Shown: piece after piece, positions 42,015-51,648 of the stretch
Numbering within the stretch: the first letter of the stretch is position 1
Layout: the number at the start of each line of letters is the position of its first letter
Source of the DNA: an uncultured bacterium
GTDB lineage: Bacteria; Babelota; Babeliae; Babelales; Vermiphilaceae
Direction of reading: 5' to 3'
Length of the DNA: 64,000 nucleotides
Assembly: GCA_963727255.1 (NCBI GenBank)
Contig: CAVSFC010000002.1
Coordinates: 544,001-608,000, forward strand
Translations under genes and position numbers: made by a program
Notes under the pieces: generated by a model
Told to the model about the DNA's origin: nothing
Seen by the model: the letters and a program-made list of their open reading frames with translations, nothing else
Database searches by the model: none

Positions 42015-43412
42015 TTATTTATTATTGCATGCGATAGCTTCTTTTGCTTCCATCTTTTGTCTGCATTTTTTATCTCGCAAAATCACGCTTGCCTTTTCGT
42101 ATGCTTGCATAATATGTTCGTTATAGATTTCGTGGTTAAATAATGCGGGATCCGGTTTAAATTGGAGGGCTATATTCTTAAGCTCTAAGAAATTTTCGAT
42201 TCCGATAAATGGCAATTTATACACTTGCGGGCATTTCAAATTATTATTAATCACCATTGAATTGCGGCGAGGATCTAATGTAATTGTAATCGGGGTATCT
42301 GCTTTAAAATTGCGTTCAAAAGGCTTTATGCTATTGGCAATGAATGGCATAAATGCAATGATCGGCAGCGGGTATAAAGGGAATGTTGATCGATAGTTTA
42401 AAGGTGTCCATCCAAAAAACCATAATTCAATATGTCCCGGAGACACATTACGAAAATTTCGGCTGCATTTTTTGCCATCATAAATGAGCGGGCCCTCGTG
42501 CATGCAAGCTTTGATCGGCTCGCAACCTTCTCCCTTTTTTCGAATTACTCGGATCTCAATTTGAATCAATTTATCCGGCACCTGGAAATCATAATGATTT
42601 TTAAATGCGCGGTCGGAGAAAAATTCACCGCACGAAAAAAAGTCTAATTTCTGCACCCGATCGCCGCGAGAAAATACGTTATACACTTTTTTGAACAGCG
42701 GATCATTAATAAAATAATCGGTATCATATTGGATAGGGGTACCGAATATGAATGCCTCATCAACGCTAAAATTTGGTTGTAACTCCTCTTTTTGTTTGAC
42801 CATTGCCAATTTTAGAATAATCGTACCGCCATGGCTATAGCCAAAAAGGCGTATTTTAGGGTGAATTCCTTGGTTTCTATACCGAGCAACCTCGTTTTCT
42901 AGGGCAAATAAAAAATCACGCGCATCATTATACCGTGCACTGCGGCTCAAAAGGCCTGACCAGCCATAGGTATAATAGTAATTCTTGCTTGGAGTAAGCG
43001 GGTTAATCTGCTGCACCATCTCAAAAACATTTGCCATAGCTGAGGCTGCTGCCCCTTTTTCATGGGTATCCATAACTATCGGGCGCAGTCCGCGGGCTTG
43101 TATGGGTTGATTTTGGAAAAAGAATGGATCATCACGCATAAGATCGACTGTCTCTGCGTACATTGATTCATAAACATTGTCGGTTAAAAATCGAACAAAA
43201 TTTGAAACGGTAATATGGGGCTTTATGCTGATGATCCCATGAATATAGACATTGAGCCAAACTTCTTGGCCATTGCTTTGGGGTATTGCAGCAAGATTCT
43301 GATTTTTGGTAACTGGTTCTCGAGAAAGGGTATTCACGTGAGCCAAAATTGGTGAGCATGCCCAAAAAGCAAGAAATAATGCGCGATGATAATTGGCAGC
43401 GATCTTCACCAA
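42015..43412 (-). CDS. Secreted alpha/beta-hydrolase-like protein
   Basis: Signal peptide; YIHG, YGWSG, nucleophile elbow GYSHGG, DRVQKLD, PGHIELW. Confidence 0.75.
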   Translation of the reverse strand: MVKIAANYHRALFLAFWACSPILAHVNTLSREPVTKNQNLAAIPQSNGQEVWLNVYIHGIISIKPHITVSNFVRFLTDNVYESMYAETVDLMRDDPFFFQNQPIQARGLRPIVMDTHEKGAAASAMANVFEMVQQINPLTPSKNYYYTYGWSGLLSRSARYNDARDFLFALENEVARYRNQGIHPKIRLFGYSHGGTIILKLAMVKQKEELQPNFSVDEAFIFGTPIQYDTDYFINDPLFKKVYNVFSRGDRVQKLDFFSCGEFFSDRAFKNHYDFQVPDKLIQIEIRVIRKKGEGCEPIKACMHEGPLIYDGKKCSRNFRNVSPGHIELWFFGWTPLNYRSTFPLYPLPIIAFMPFIANSIKPFERNFKADTPITITLDPRRNSMVINNNLKCPQVYKLPFIGIENFLELKNIALQFKPDPALFNHEIYNEHIMQAYEKASVILRDKKCRQKMEAKEAIACNNK

Positions 43413-43692
43413 AAAAGCCCTTTAAATCAACTTATTTTCAATACCAGTATAGCATCTGCATAGGTAAATACCTATGCCCCCTCGTGCTATATTCCCTTAT
43501 CCTGCATTGAGTGTAGCATAAACAGCTATATAAATTCAAACTGAAAACAAAAATATAATTAAAAAACCCTATGAATATGGTATTATTTGATATTTGTGTT
43601 GTTTTTTATTGCATAAGCAACGCCAAGTTTTAATTGCAGATTTGAGCGTTAAGGGGATATTCTAGGAGATAATTCCCTAGAAGGAGAAAACG

Positions 43693-44361
43693 ATGATCTT
43701 TTTTAGCCGCCTTAAGCGATTCGCAGTACTGTTTGGGCATCTTTTGCATACCACTTTTCAAATGCTCTATGGAGGATGGCGAATAAGCAAGCTTCCCCAG
43801 CCAATCGTATCAATCTTTGGCAGTTCTCGATTACGCCAGAATACCCCCTATACCAACAAAGCCCATGAGCTGGGAAGGCGGTTTATGGAAAGTGGGGTTT
43901 CTGTTCTGACTGGAGGGGGGCCAGGAATTATGGAAGCAGCTATCTGCGATTTGAATGTTACGGGTCCGGGCAAAGGCAAAAGCATGGGAATCGGAGTTCG
44001 TGGATTGGATGAAGGCTGGAACGTCTGCGCACAAGATTATTTTGAGCTTGAGTATTTTTTTGCTCGAAAATGGTTACTCATGCAATTTTCTATGGGTTTT
44101 GTGATTTTCCCTGGGGGTTTTGGGACACTCGATGAGCTTGCTGAAGTGCTAACTTTAATTCAAACAAAATCTTTGAAACAATTTCCGGTTGTTTTAATTG
44201 GCAAAGAATATTGGCAGCCCTTGGTTGATTGGATTCAAGATGAGGCTTTGCAACATGGTGCAATTCTCAAGGAAGAGCTCGAATTTTTCTATGTCACCGA
44301 TAACCTTGATGAAGCATACTGCTGGGTGCTTGGCAAATGCGAGATACTTAAACAGAATTAA
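43693..44361 (+). CDS. LOG family nucleotide phosphoribohydrolase (TIGR00730-like)
   Basis: VSIFGSSR, TGGGPGIMEAA, FFARK, PGGFGTLDEL. Confidence 0.93.
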   Translation: MIFFSRLKRFAVLFGHLLHTTFQMLYGGWRISKLPQPIVSIFGSSRLRQNTPYTNKAHELGRRFMESGVSVLTGGGPGIMEAAICDLNVTGPGKGKSMGIGVRGLDEGWNVCAQDYFELEYFFARKWLLMQFSMGFVIFPGGFGTLDELAEVLTLIQTKSLKQFPVVLIGKEYWQPLVDWIQDEALQHGAILKEELEFFYVTDNLDEAYCWVLGKCEILKQN

Positions 44362-44891
44362 TTTTTATTATCCTTAGCTTCTTCCTCTTCATCTGAGTCT
44401 TGATTATTAATTAATTTGTCAAATGTTATTACATGTCCTTTATTGATTGCAGCGTTCAAATATACGGCTTTATATTGTTCAGCGACGCGTACAGCTTCAG
44501 CATGTTGATCTGGGTAAAAAAACTGATAATGATTTGCGCATACAGCTGCAGACTGTGCTTCTACTTTAGCCAGATCGCGGGCTACTTTGGCAGCAGCTTT
44601 TATTTCTATATTAAGTGGTATCCATTTTTTGCTGTTGCACAAAGCTCCAAGATTATTCAATGAAGTAGAAACCAACTCGGGATTTTCACATGCAAGGAGT
44701 TGTTTACGTATCGTACTGTAGAGTTCGTTGAATGTTTGTAGGAATGGAGCTGTTTCTTCTTCTGCAATCTCTCCTTTTAAAGCATTGGAAATAAAATCTG
44801 CAGGATCTTGATTTTCGCTACCTGATTTTTCCATGCAGATTAAAACTGAAGAAATGAGTAAGCAGTGAGAAATAATTAATAATGTCTTCAT
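44358..44891 (-). CDS. Secreted hypothetical protein
   Basis: Signal peptide VLIC|MEK; acidic tail. Confidence 0.78.
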   Translation of the reverse strand: MKTLLIISHCLLISSVLICMEKSGSENQDPADFISNALKGEIAEEETAPFLQTFNELYSTIRKQLLACENPELVSTSLNNLGALCNSKKWIPLNIEIKAAAKVARDLAKVEAQSAAVCANHYQFFYPDQHAEAVRVAEQYKAVYLNAAINKGHVITFDKLINNQDSDEEEEAKDNKN

Positions 44892-44912
44892 TTAATATCT
44901 TTTCTACTTTAG

Positions 44913-44946
44913 TCAATGCCTTCGCAATGGTTTGCGAAGGCATTGA
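44913..44946. terminator. 15-bp perfect hairpin between two co-oriented genes (terminator or stability element)
   Basis: tcaatgccttcgcaa-tggt-ttgcgaaggcattga. Confidence 0.55.
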
Positions 44947-44958
44947 TGTTTACAGAAA

Positions 44959-45402
44959 TTATTGTTCATCGCCTAATTTGTGGAACTTTTCGAGTGCTTT
45001 AACGCAAGCAGCATTTTGCAGAGCATTAACATAGAGATCTTGGTGCATTTTTAAGTGCTTTTTAATTTGTCCATCTATTTTTGGATTTTCTTCTGCTGAG
45101 CAAGCTTGATTGTTAGCAAACTTGCAAGATGCCTGGGTAAACATTTTTGCCATTTCAACGGTGACAGATGCATGAATATTAGGATTATCAAGTTGCCAAA
45201 ATTCTTTCAGGTTCCCTGGTCCACTCTTAGAAATTTCAGCAATGGCGAGTTCTCGAAATTCATCGCGAGCACGATTATCATCCAGCGCACTATTTATGAT
45301 TTCTAAAGACCTTTTTGCACTTTTTTGTTCACCGGTCATCTGCATACCATGGAGAGAAACAGCTGCCAGTGATAATGCCGCGCAAAAAAAAGATTTGTTC
45401 AT
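44959..45402 (-). CDS. Secreted hypothetical protein, possible distant paralog of 44358..44891
   Basis: AAGGA RBS; signal peptide SLHG|MQM. Confidence 0.78.
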   Translation of the reverse strand: MNKSFFCAALSLAAVSLHGMQMTGEQKSAKRSLEIINSALDDNRARDEFRELAIAEISKSGPGNLKEFWQLDNPNIHASVTVEMAKMFTQASCKFANNQACSAEENPKIDGQIKKHLKMHQDLYVNALQNAACVKALEKFHKLGDEQ

Positions 45403-45468
45403 GGTAATCCTTTAGGTGTAAAAAAATAAATAAAACTCTCTTTATTATAAATCTTTTTTATTAGAAAT

Positions 45469-46803
45469 CTATTTAATTCTTGAGCCAATGCCGTATCCGA
45501 TCAATGATAATCCTAGCGTGAGAAGTTCTTTGGGGATTGGTTGGGGATAGATCCTAAAAAGAATAAATCCAAATAATCCGCATGCAATTGCCCCAAATGC
45601 TGCATTTTTGTTTACCTCTTTCTTGAAGTAGCAAAAAAGCAGGGGCACAAGCAGGCAGCTTACAGAAATTTCATAACTGCTGATGATGATATCAATGATA
45701 TTTTGCGGCACTAAATATGAACCTATCAATGCGCAGATGCCAACAATCATCGTGGTACATTTTGAAATGAGAAGGTTATTGTTCCAGAATTGGCCGATCT
45801 TAAAATCTTGCGTGATATTGGCACTGATGCCATTCATAAGCGCATCAGCTGTAGAAACAATCGCAGCTACGATTGCGCACAGTGCAAGCGCAAAGAGAAT
45901 GTCGGGTGTATTTTGCTGCAAGAAAATTATAAGCGGATTTGCGGCTTCAGGAACCGCTAGATTAAGTATTTTAACTTGCATGCCCAGATATACAGGAATA
46001 AACGCAAATGCAAGTAAAAATATTCCGGCATTCAGGGCAGAAATTGTTGCTACAAAACTGGAGCGTGATGCAAAAAATCGCTGTGCCAAATCCTGCTCAA
46101 TCAAAGAAAAAAGTGCCGGCATTAAAATTCCACTGGTGATCATAGCAAGGGTGAGCGGCTGTGCTGTAAAAAGTTCTTGCGATGCAGTAAATAATCCCGC
46201 AGGTTTGGATAGCAAAGAAATAATAAAAATCGTGGTAAACGTGCAAACAATAATACAAAGCTGCACCATATCATTGATGGTGATTGCGCGTAATCCCCCA
46301 ATCATCGTATACGCAACTACTGAGAGCCAGAAAGGAAGAATAATCCACCATGCGCCAAAGCCGACCGCCGCCATCAAGCTTTTAAAGCCGACAACTTGCG
46401 CGATGAGAATTCCAAAAAGCGTTATGATTGAAAGCAATGATGCAATTTTTTTTAGTGTGGTTGAATTATATTGCGTTTCAAAAAGCTGCGCGGTAGTCGT
46501 AACATTAAAGCTTTGCAATCGCGATGCAATTCCGCATGCGAGTAATACAAACCCCAGGGCCATGCCGATGGTATAGAAAATACCAAAATAACCAGTAGTG
46601 TAAGCGCTTGCGGCGGTCCCTAAGAGCATTCCGCCGCCCAATTGGGTTGCAATCAAGTTGCTGGAAATCTGCCAGATGCCCAATTGCCGATTGGCGATAA
46701 AATAATCGGTGTCCGTTTTTACGTTTCGCGAAGCGCGGATTCCAAGAATAAAATAAAGTGCTCCGAATGCAGAAAAAAGTGATAAAAATAAGAGTGGGTT
46801 CAT
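45469..46803 (-). CDS. Sodium:solute symporter family protein
   Basis: DYFIANRQLG, ATQLGGGMLLG, YTMIGGLRA, QDLAQRFFAS, AAIVSTADA. Confidence 0.92.
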   Translation of the reverse strand: MNPLLFLSLFSAFGALYFILGIRASRNVKTDTDYFIANRQLGIWQISSNLIATQLGGGMLLGTAASAYTTGYFGIFYTIGMALGFVLLACGIASRLQSFNVTTTAQLFETQYNSTTLKKIASLLSIITLFGILIAQVVGFKSLMAAVGFGAWWIILPFWLSVVAYTMIGGLRAITINDMVQLCIIVCTFTTIFIISLLSKPAGLFTASQELFTAQPLTLAMITSGILMPALFSLIEQDLAQRFFASRSSFVATISALNAGIFLLAFAFIPVYLGMQVKILNLAVPEAANPLIIFLQQNTPDILFALALCAIVAAIVSTADALMNGISANITQDFKIGQFWNNNLLISKCTTMIVGICALIGSYLVPQNIIDIIISSYEISVSCLLVPLLFCYFKKEVNKNAAFGAIACGLFGFILFRIYPQPIPKELLTLGLSLIGYGIGSRIK

Positions 46804-46895
46804 AATAAATTCCTCAACAAATAATTGTAGGGCAGAAGTTTTTGCCAGTTTATTTTTTATTTACAATAACTCAATGATAGTGATTATGAAAAGCA

Positions 46896-47024
46896 TTAAT
46901 GAGAATGATGATGAGGATGAAGGGAATGGGCAGAATGAATAAACGCAAGGGTAGCTTTACCTTGCTTACTCAAGAAGGCAGTGATTTTTTGCATATATGC
47001 GCTTGGCGCATTAATAAGTACCAT
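46896..47024 (-). CDS. His-rich 42-aa ORF, candidate leader peptide of the downstream symporter
   Basis: MVLINAPSAYMQKITAFLSKQGKATLAFIHSAHSLHPHHHSH-stop; 7 CAT codons in the last 13 codons; ends 92 nt before the symporter start. Confidence 0.55.
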   Translation of the reverse strand: MVLINAPSAYMQKITAFLSKQGKATLAFIHSAHSLHPHHHSH

Positions 47025-47138
47025 AATTTTTCCCGATAGGCACATGAAGTCTAACTTTTCCTATTTTAGACTAAAATTTTTGATTATCAAGCTGAAGCTT
47101 GATATGAGCGTCAAAGGGCTTGAAATCGAGCCAAAATT

Positions 47139-48527
47139 TTATACCGAGCAGGTTCGTGATCGTTTAAGATCTTGAAATTTTCGGATGCTCGTTTCAATCC
47201 AGCCGCCAATATAAAAGCCAAGAAATGAAAGAGAAAATGAGGCAATCTGCCCAGAAAAGGGCATCGGAAAAATGTTAAAGATAATAAAACTGATGAGTCC
47301 GGTTAAAATCGCGCCGATTGCCGCACCTTTTTTGAGATCGGTTTGGAAATAGCTCATCAGCAGGGGGACAATCAAACAGCAATCATACAGTTCATAGCTA
47401 TACAGTAAAATTTGTATAGCACTTGAGGTGGTGCAGAAAGTCCCAATAATTGCTACAATTCCAACGAGCACGAGTATAATTTTATCTATCAAAGAGTTTT
47501 CAGGCAGATCTTTAATTGCCAGCCTCATCTCATAAGTAATGCTGAGGCTGATTGACCATAAATAATAATCGATCATTGCAATGAGAGCGGCAGCCATTCC
47601 CAGAACTGCCAGGATGACCACTCCATCATTAGTCAAAATTTTTAATACCGGGATCAAGGGGCTCACCCCTTCGGCGATTGTCAGATTCAATGTTTTTGCT
47701 TTGATCCCAAAATAAATGGGGACCAAAGAGAAAATAAGCATAAACATGCTTGCGCCAACAGCTGATGCGGCTGCCGTTGCTTTATTCTTGATGTTAAAAA
47801 GGGGCTTAGCGAATTCTTGATCAGTAATATAATAAAGCGCCGGCATAACCAGTGAAGCAAATATTGATGAGAAAGAAAGGCTGCTTTCAGTAAATATTGA
47901 CTGATTTAAAAATACATTACCGATGAACGAGGGAGGCTCCTTGAGCAAGCAGAACCCAAAAATGCCGCCAAATACTATGATCGTATAAATCAATTGTGCC
48001 CGATAGGTTAGGCCTGCGCCGCTTAATCCGCCTAGCAAGGCATATACTACTATGCATAGAGAAACGATAATAAATATCAGATCGCTATTAATCCCGAGCG
48101 CGTGAATGAGTGATTTGGTTGCGATGATTTGCCCCATGAGTAATCCCCAAACGGTGATAATAGAAAGTACTGATGCGCATGTGCGAATAAGAGGGGATTT
48201 ATATTTAATTTCAAAAAGATCTATTGTGCTTTCAACGTGCATGGCCTCCATTTTGGAGGCAAAGCCAAGGCCAAGTAATAAAAAGCCGATACTGATTCCT
48301 AAAACATATAAAAGCCCATAAATGCCGCTCGAATATGCTTCTTGGCAGGTTCCCAGCATCATGCTGCCGCCCAGCTCAAGGGCTATGAGTGCGAAGACGA
48401 TGCTCATGAAAGAGACGCTTTTTTTAATATAAGCAGTCGTTTGCTGTTTCTTTGCGGATAAAACATTAAAAATGCCGTAAACCAGCGAAGCGATTAAAGC
48501 AGCTGATATGCATACAGCAACATTCAT
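47139..48527 (-). CDS. Sodium:solute symporter family protein, divergent tandem paralog
   Basis: ALELGGSMMLG, YALLGGL, SYELYDCCLIVPLL match the neighbouring SSS gene. Confidence 0.87.
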   Translation of the reverse strand: MNVAVCISAALIASLVYGIFNVLSAKKQQTTAYIKKSVSFMSIVFALIALELGGSMMLGTCQEAYSSGIYGLLYVLGISIGFLLLGLGFASKMEAMHVESTIDLFEIKYKSPLIRTCASVLSIITVWGLLMGQIIATKSLIHALGINSDLIFIIVSLCIVVYALLGGLSGAGLTYRAQLIYTIIVFGGIFGFCLLKEPPSFIGNVFLNQSIFTESSLSFSSIFASLVMPALYYITDQEFAKPLFNIKNKATAAASAVGASMFMLIFSLVPIYFGIKAKTLNLTIAEGVSPLIPVLKILTNDGVVILAVLGMAAALIAMIDYYLWSISLSITYEMRLAIKDLPENSLIDKIILVLVGIVAIIGTFCTTSSAIQILLYSYELYDCCLIVPLLMSYFQTDLKKGAAIGAILTGLISFIIFNIFPMPFSGQIASFSLSFLGFYIGGWIETSIRKFQDLKRSRTCSV

Positions 48528-48712
48528 ATTAATGCCCTCAGAATTTCATGCGTATGGCCTGTACTGTGCATGGTAAACGAACTGGGGGGTTGTTTTGCAA
48601 GCATATGATTTTAGGGTGCCTTTTAATCTAATAAGACTAGTACATTTCCATTTAAAATACTTTTGCTAACAAAGTAATAGATTAGAAATATAAATCAAGA
48701 TTAAAAGAAATA

Positions 48713-49240
48713 TTAAGGTAGATGATGTTTCTCAAGCAGTTTTTCGATATCTTTTATATGCTCTTGTGCTTCGCGTGCCTGGCAGAAGAGAGCGCCCGCA
48801 TTTTTTGCATAGAGATTTATGAGGTCTTTTGTTTGTTGAAAATTATTATTTCCGTCTAGACGAAGTTCTACGTTTTTATTGCCAAGCGTTTTAAGTTGAG
48901 CGCCCAAAAAAAGAGTCGCAGATTCAAGAATTCCTTTGTGAGAGGTATTATGATCTCTCCAATTTCGAATATACCCCTTTAACAATATATCATTTTCATT
49001 CTTGGTGATTGCATGTTCTAACGATCTTTTAAATTTCACGTAGGACGAGTTAATTGATTTAATTTTTAAACTGCATCCTTGAATAGCCAAGTTATCGCAA
49101 TCAAGAGCCTCGAATTTGAGAGCGCCGAAGGTGCTGATAAGATCTAGAAGACTTTCATTAACAATCGTGCTCGGTGATTTTTCACTTCCAGCGATATTTA
49201 AAGTCATGAAAATTAAAAGCGTCAATCTATTTAGATTCAT
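48713..49240 (-). CDS. Secreted hypothetical protein
   Basis: AGGGG RBS; signal-like MNLNRLTLLIFMTLNIAG. Confidence 0.7.
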   Translation of the reverse strand: MNLNRLTLLIFMTLNIAGSEKSPSTIVNESLLDLISTFGALKFEALDCDNLAIQGCSLKIKSINSSYVKFKRSLEHAITKNENDILLKGYIRNWRDHNTSHKGILESATLFLGAQLKTLGNKNVELRLDGNNNFQQTKDLINLYAKNAGALFCQAREAQEHIKDIEKLLEKHHLP

Positions 49241-49500
49241 AATTCCCCTTAAAATAACATTAATCTTTTTGGATACCATAATGTTTATTTAATTAAAAAT
49301 CAAAAAAGTAATTGCTGCAGATCAATTTCATGATACCATTTTTGATCTAAATATAATTGCTTTACACTAATCAAAATTAAATTAAAAAATGATATTTTAT
49401 GAAAGAGGATGCTATAAAAGCACAATAAGTATTGTTTTTTTAGATTAAGAGCACATTAATCTTATAGGATTATTTGCAATGCATAAGGGGGATCAAAAAA

Positions 49501-49914
49501 ATGAATACCATCAAAATTGGATGCGAAGTTTTTTTAATAAAGAACAACATGGTTTTATTGGGCAGAAGGAAAAATTGTTATGGAGATGGAACATGGGGCT
49601 TGCCAGGGGGGCATTTAGAATATGGAGAATCAATAATTGAGTGCGCAAAAAGGGAAATTAAGGAAGAGATTGGTATTGAAGTTGCAGAATTAAAATTGAT
49701 TTCTGTTATTGATAATATTGATGAACGGGGGCACTATCTTCATGTATCTTTCTTGCTAGAACAATTTTCAGGCGAAATACGCTGCATGGAGCCTTATTTT
49801 TGCTCCGAATGGAAATTTTTTGATATTTCCAATTTGCCGCAAGATCTTTTTAAGCCGCATCAAAGAATATTTCAGAACTATTTTAGGAATACTCTCCATC
49901 TCGAAAAAGAATAA
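49501..49914 (+). CDS. NUDIX hydrolase (NUDT15/MutT-like)
   Basis: Nudix box PGGHLEYGESIIECAKREIKEEIG. Confidence 0.92.
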   Translation: MNTIKIGCEVFLIKNNMVLLGRRKNCYGDGTWGLPGGHLEYGESIIECAKREIKEEIGIEVAELKLISVIDNIDERGHYLHVSFLLEQFSGEIRCMEPYFCSEWKFFDISNLPQDLFKPHQRIFQNYFRNTLHLEKE

Positions 49915-49934
49915 CCATTAATATTTTTAGTAAT

Positions 49935-50597
49935 TTACGTTAATAGTTCTTGAAGATCAATTTCATGATACCCATTTACTTGCAGATCAGCATTCTTAAT
50001 TTGCTCAGGGCGGTTGCTTGTATTGATCCCAATGCAAAACATTCCGGCCGCTTTTGCAGCCATAATGCCGTGCGCTGAATCTTCAATCACAATGCATTCT
50101 GCTGGCTTTACGCCCAGCTGCTGCGCCGCATGCAGAAAAATAAGCGGGCTTGGCTTGCCAATATTATTGACATGGTTCATTGAATAGAGATGGCAGCCAA
50201 AAAATTGTGAAAGATTAAGACTTTTATCAGTAATTTCTAGAGTATCGATGGTGGCATTGGTTGCAACAGCAACCTTGAGAGGAAAAGCGGCAACTTTTTG
50301 AATAAATTCAGGAAATCCTTCGATAAAACAGATACCGGTTTGATAGAGCTTATTTGCAATGGCCGCTTTCTCCTTCATGATAACTTCAACGCTATCATCT
50401 GATTGGGTTACTTCTTTAATCAGTTGGCATGCTTTGGGCAACCCTGAACCAAGCAATTGTTGATTAATCTGTTCTTTTTCTAGCGTGGTTAAAGATTTGC
50501 CTCGTTTTGCGATCACGATATGCGAAGCTTGCATCCACAATATTTCAGTGTCAACGATGGTGCCATCCATATCAAAAATAATTGCTTTAAATTTCAT
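49935..50597 (-). CDS. HAD-family phosphatase (beta-PGM/CbbY-like)
   Basis: IFDMDGTIVDTE, ATNA, GKPSP, VIEDSAHGIMAAKAAGM. Confidence 0.93.
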   Translation of the reverse strand: MKFKAIIFDMDGTIVDTEILWMQASHIVIAKRGKSLTTLEKEQINQQLLGSGLPKACQLIKEVTQSDDSVEVIMKEKAAIANKLYQTGICFIEGFPEFIQKVAAFPLKVAVATNATIDTLEITDKSLNLSQFFGCHLYSMNHVNNIGKPSPLIFLHAAQQLGVKPAECIVIEDSAHGIMAAKAAGMFCIGINTSNRPEQIKNADLQVNGYHEIDLQELLT

Positions 50598-50743
50598 ATT
50601 TTCCCTAAATTGTGCCCTGTTCCCATACTTTTGCTTGGCCCGCATTGTTTATTTCCGTCGTTGTATCCCTCTCTACTCGGCCCTTGGCCTCCATTGGGAC
50701 GAACTGCCCGCCATCGCCTCTGGCGAGGGAATCGATTTTGCAT
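50594..50743 (-). CDS. Possible small Arg/Gly-rich ORF (49 aa) coupled to the HAD gene
   Basis: MQNRFPRQRRWRAVRPNGGQG...; stop overlaps the HAD start as ATGA; no clear RBS. Confidence 0.35.
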   Translation of the reverse strand: MQNRFPRQRRWRAVRPNGGQGPSREGYNDGNKQCGPSKSMGTGHNLGKI

Positions 50744-50786
50744 ATTTTTTTCTATTTTAGTAATCCCACTTAACGGGCCTGCCCGC

Positions 50787-50881
50787 TGCTTCGACTCACT
50801 CAGTTCCCTCAGGATAAACTCCGCTTGCAGACTGGCCGTTTCCGGCATAGCTTTAGCGAAGACGGAATAAGCGAAGGCCGG
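50787..50881. repeat. Degenerate family B and family A palindromic elements
   Basis: cttcgac...ctcaggataaactcc (B-like) and tccggcatagctttagcgaagacgga (A-like). Confidence 0.5.
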
Positions 50882-50979
50882 GTTGATAATTCCATTTTTA
50901 TGAGTAACCTAGTATGAGCGGTTGTAAGCCCTATTCATAACGTATCACTTTTATTTATTTTAATTCAACGGTGGTCACT

Positions 50980-51642
50980 ATGGTCAGTAAGAAGTTGCTC
51001 AGTCCATTTCAAAATATTCTGCTCTTTAATACGCTCATTAAAGTATCGGGAATTGCCAAGCTCAGCTTCATCGTCGGTTCTCAGATTGCCTTTTTCTCAG
51101 CTGTTGCAATTATGACCCCTCTTTCAGGTGCTTTTGCCGGAATTTCCGGATGCTTTAGCGTCTTCGGAGTTGGGCTTTTAATTCGATTTTTATTTTTTGG
51201 CTCTTTGCCATTTCATTTCTTAGCATATCATATTCCCGGATTATGTGCATCGCTCTACTGGGCCACAGAGTCAAAACTGATCAGAATTGCGCCGGCTATT
51301 CTGTGTATGGCACTTTTTATAGCCCATCCAGTCGGAGCTTCGGCGGCGTTATATAGCCTTTTTTGGCTGATTCCGGTTTATACCACGTTATTCTGCAAAG
51401 ATACTATTTTTACCCGGGCGTTGGGCAGCACCTTTACTGCCCATGCAGTTGGTTCTATAATCTGGTTATTTACGGTTCCTATGAATCCTGATCAATGGCT
51501 TGCGCTCATTCCGGTTGTATGTATTGAAAGAGCATTATTCACTGTTGGCATGGCAATAGGGTATACCGTGATTGCCTGGTGTTTGGCAAAAACATCCATC
51601 TTTTCTCAACACTCAGTTCGTATTACGAGTGCAAGGATTTAA
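50980..51642 (+). CDS. Integral membrane protein, possibly an ECF-type substrate-binding component
   Basis: About 6-7 TM helices, 220 aa; FIAHPVG, RALGSTFTAHAVGS, VCIER. Confidence 0.6.
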   Translation: MVSKKLLSPFQNILLFNTLIKVSGIAKLSFIVGSQIAFFSAVAIMTPLSGAFAGISGCFSVFGVGLLIRFLFFGSLPFHFLAYHIPGLCASLYWATESKLIRIAPAILCMALFIAHPVGASAALYSLFWLIPVYTTLFCKDTIFTRALGSTFTAHAVGSIIWLFTVPMNPDQWLALIPVVCIERALFTVGMAIGYTVIAWCLAKTSIFSQHSVRITSARI

Positions 51643-51648
51643 GCATCT

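Noticed and set aside
45683..46576. 297-aa antisense ORF
   Set aside because: Shadow of the SSS transporter on the opposite strand, with no independent evidence.
46871..46940. Ile/Leu-rich leader peptide in the alternative frame (FILPIPFILIIILIN)
   Set aside because: No in-frame ATG close upstream, and it is a by-product of the CAT repeats; the His frame has two ATGs. Not fully excluded given the indel rate.
50890..50950. Known riboswitch (preQ1, TPP, FMN) upstream of the ECF-like gene
   Set aside because: I could not match the conserved cores of these classes by eye.
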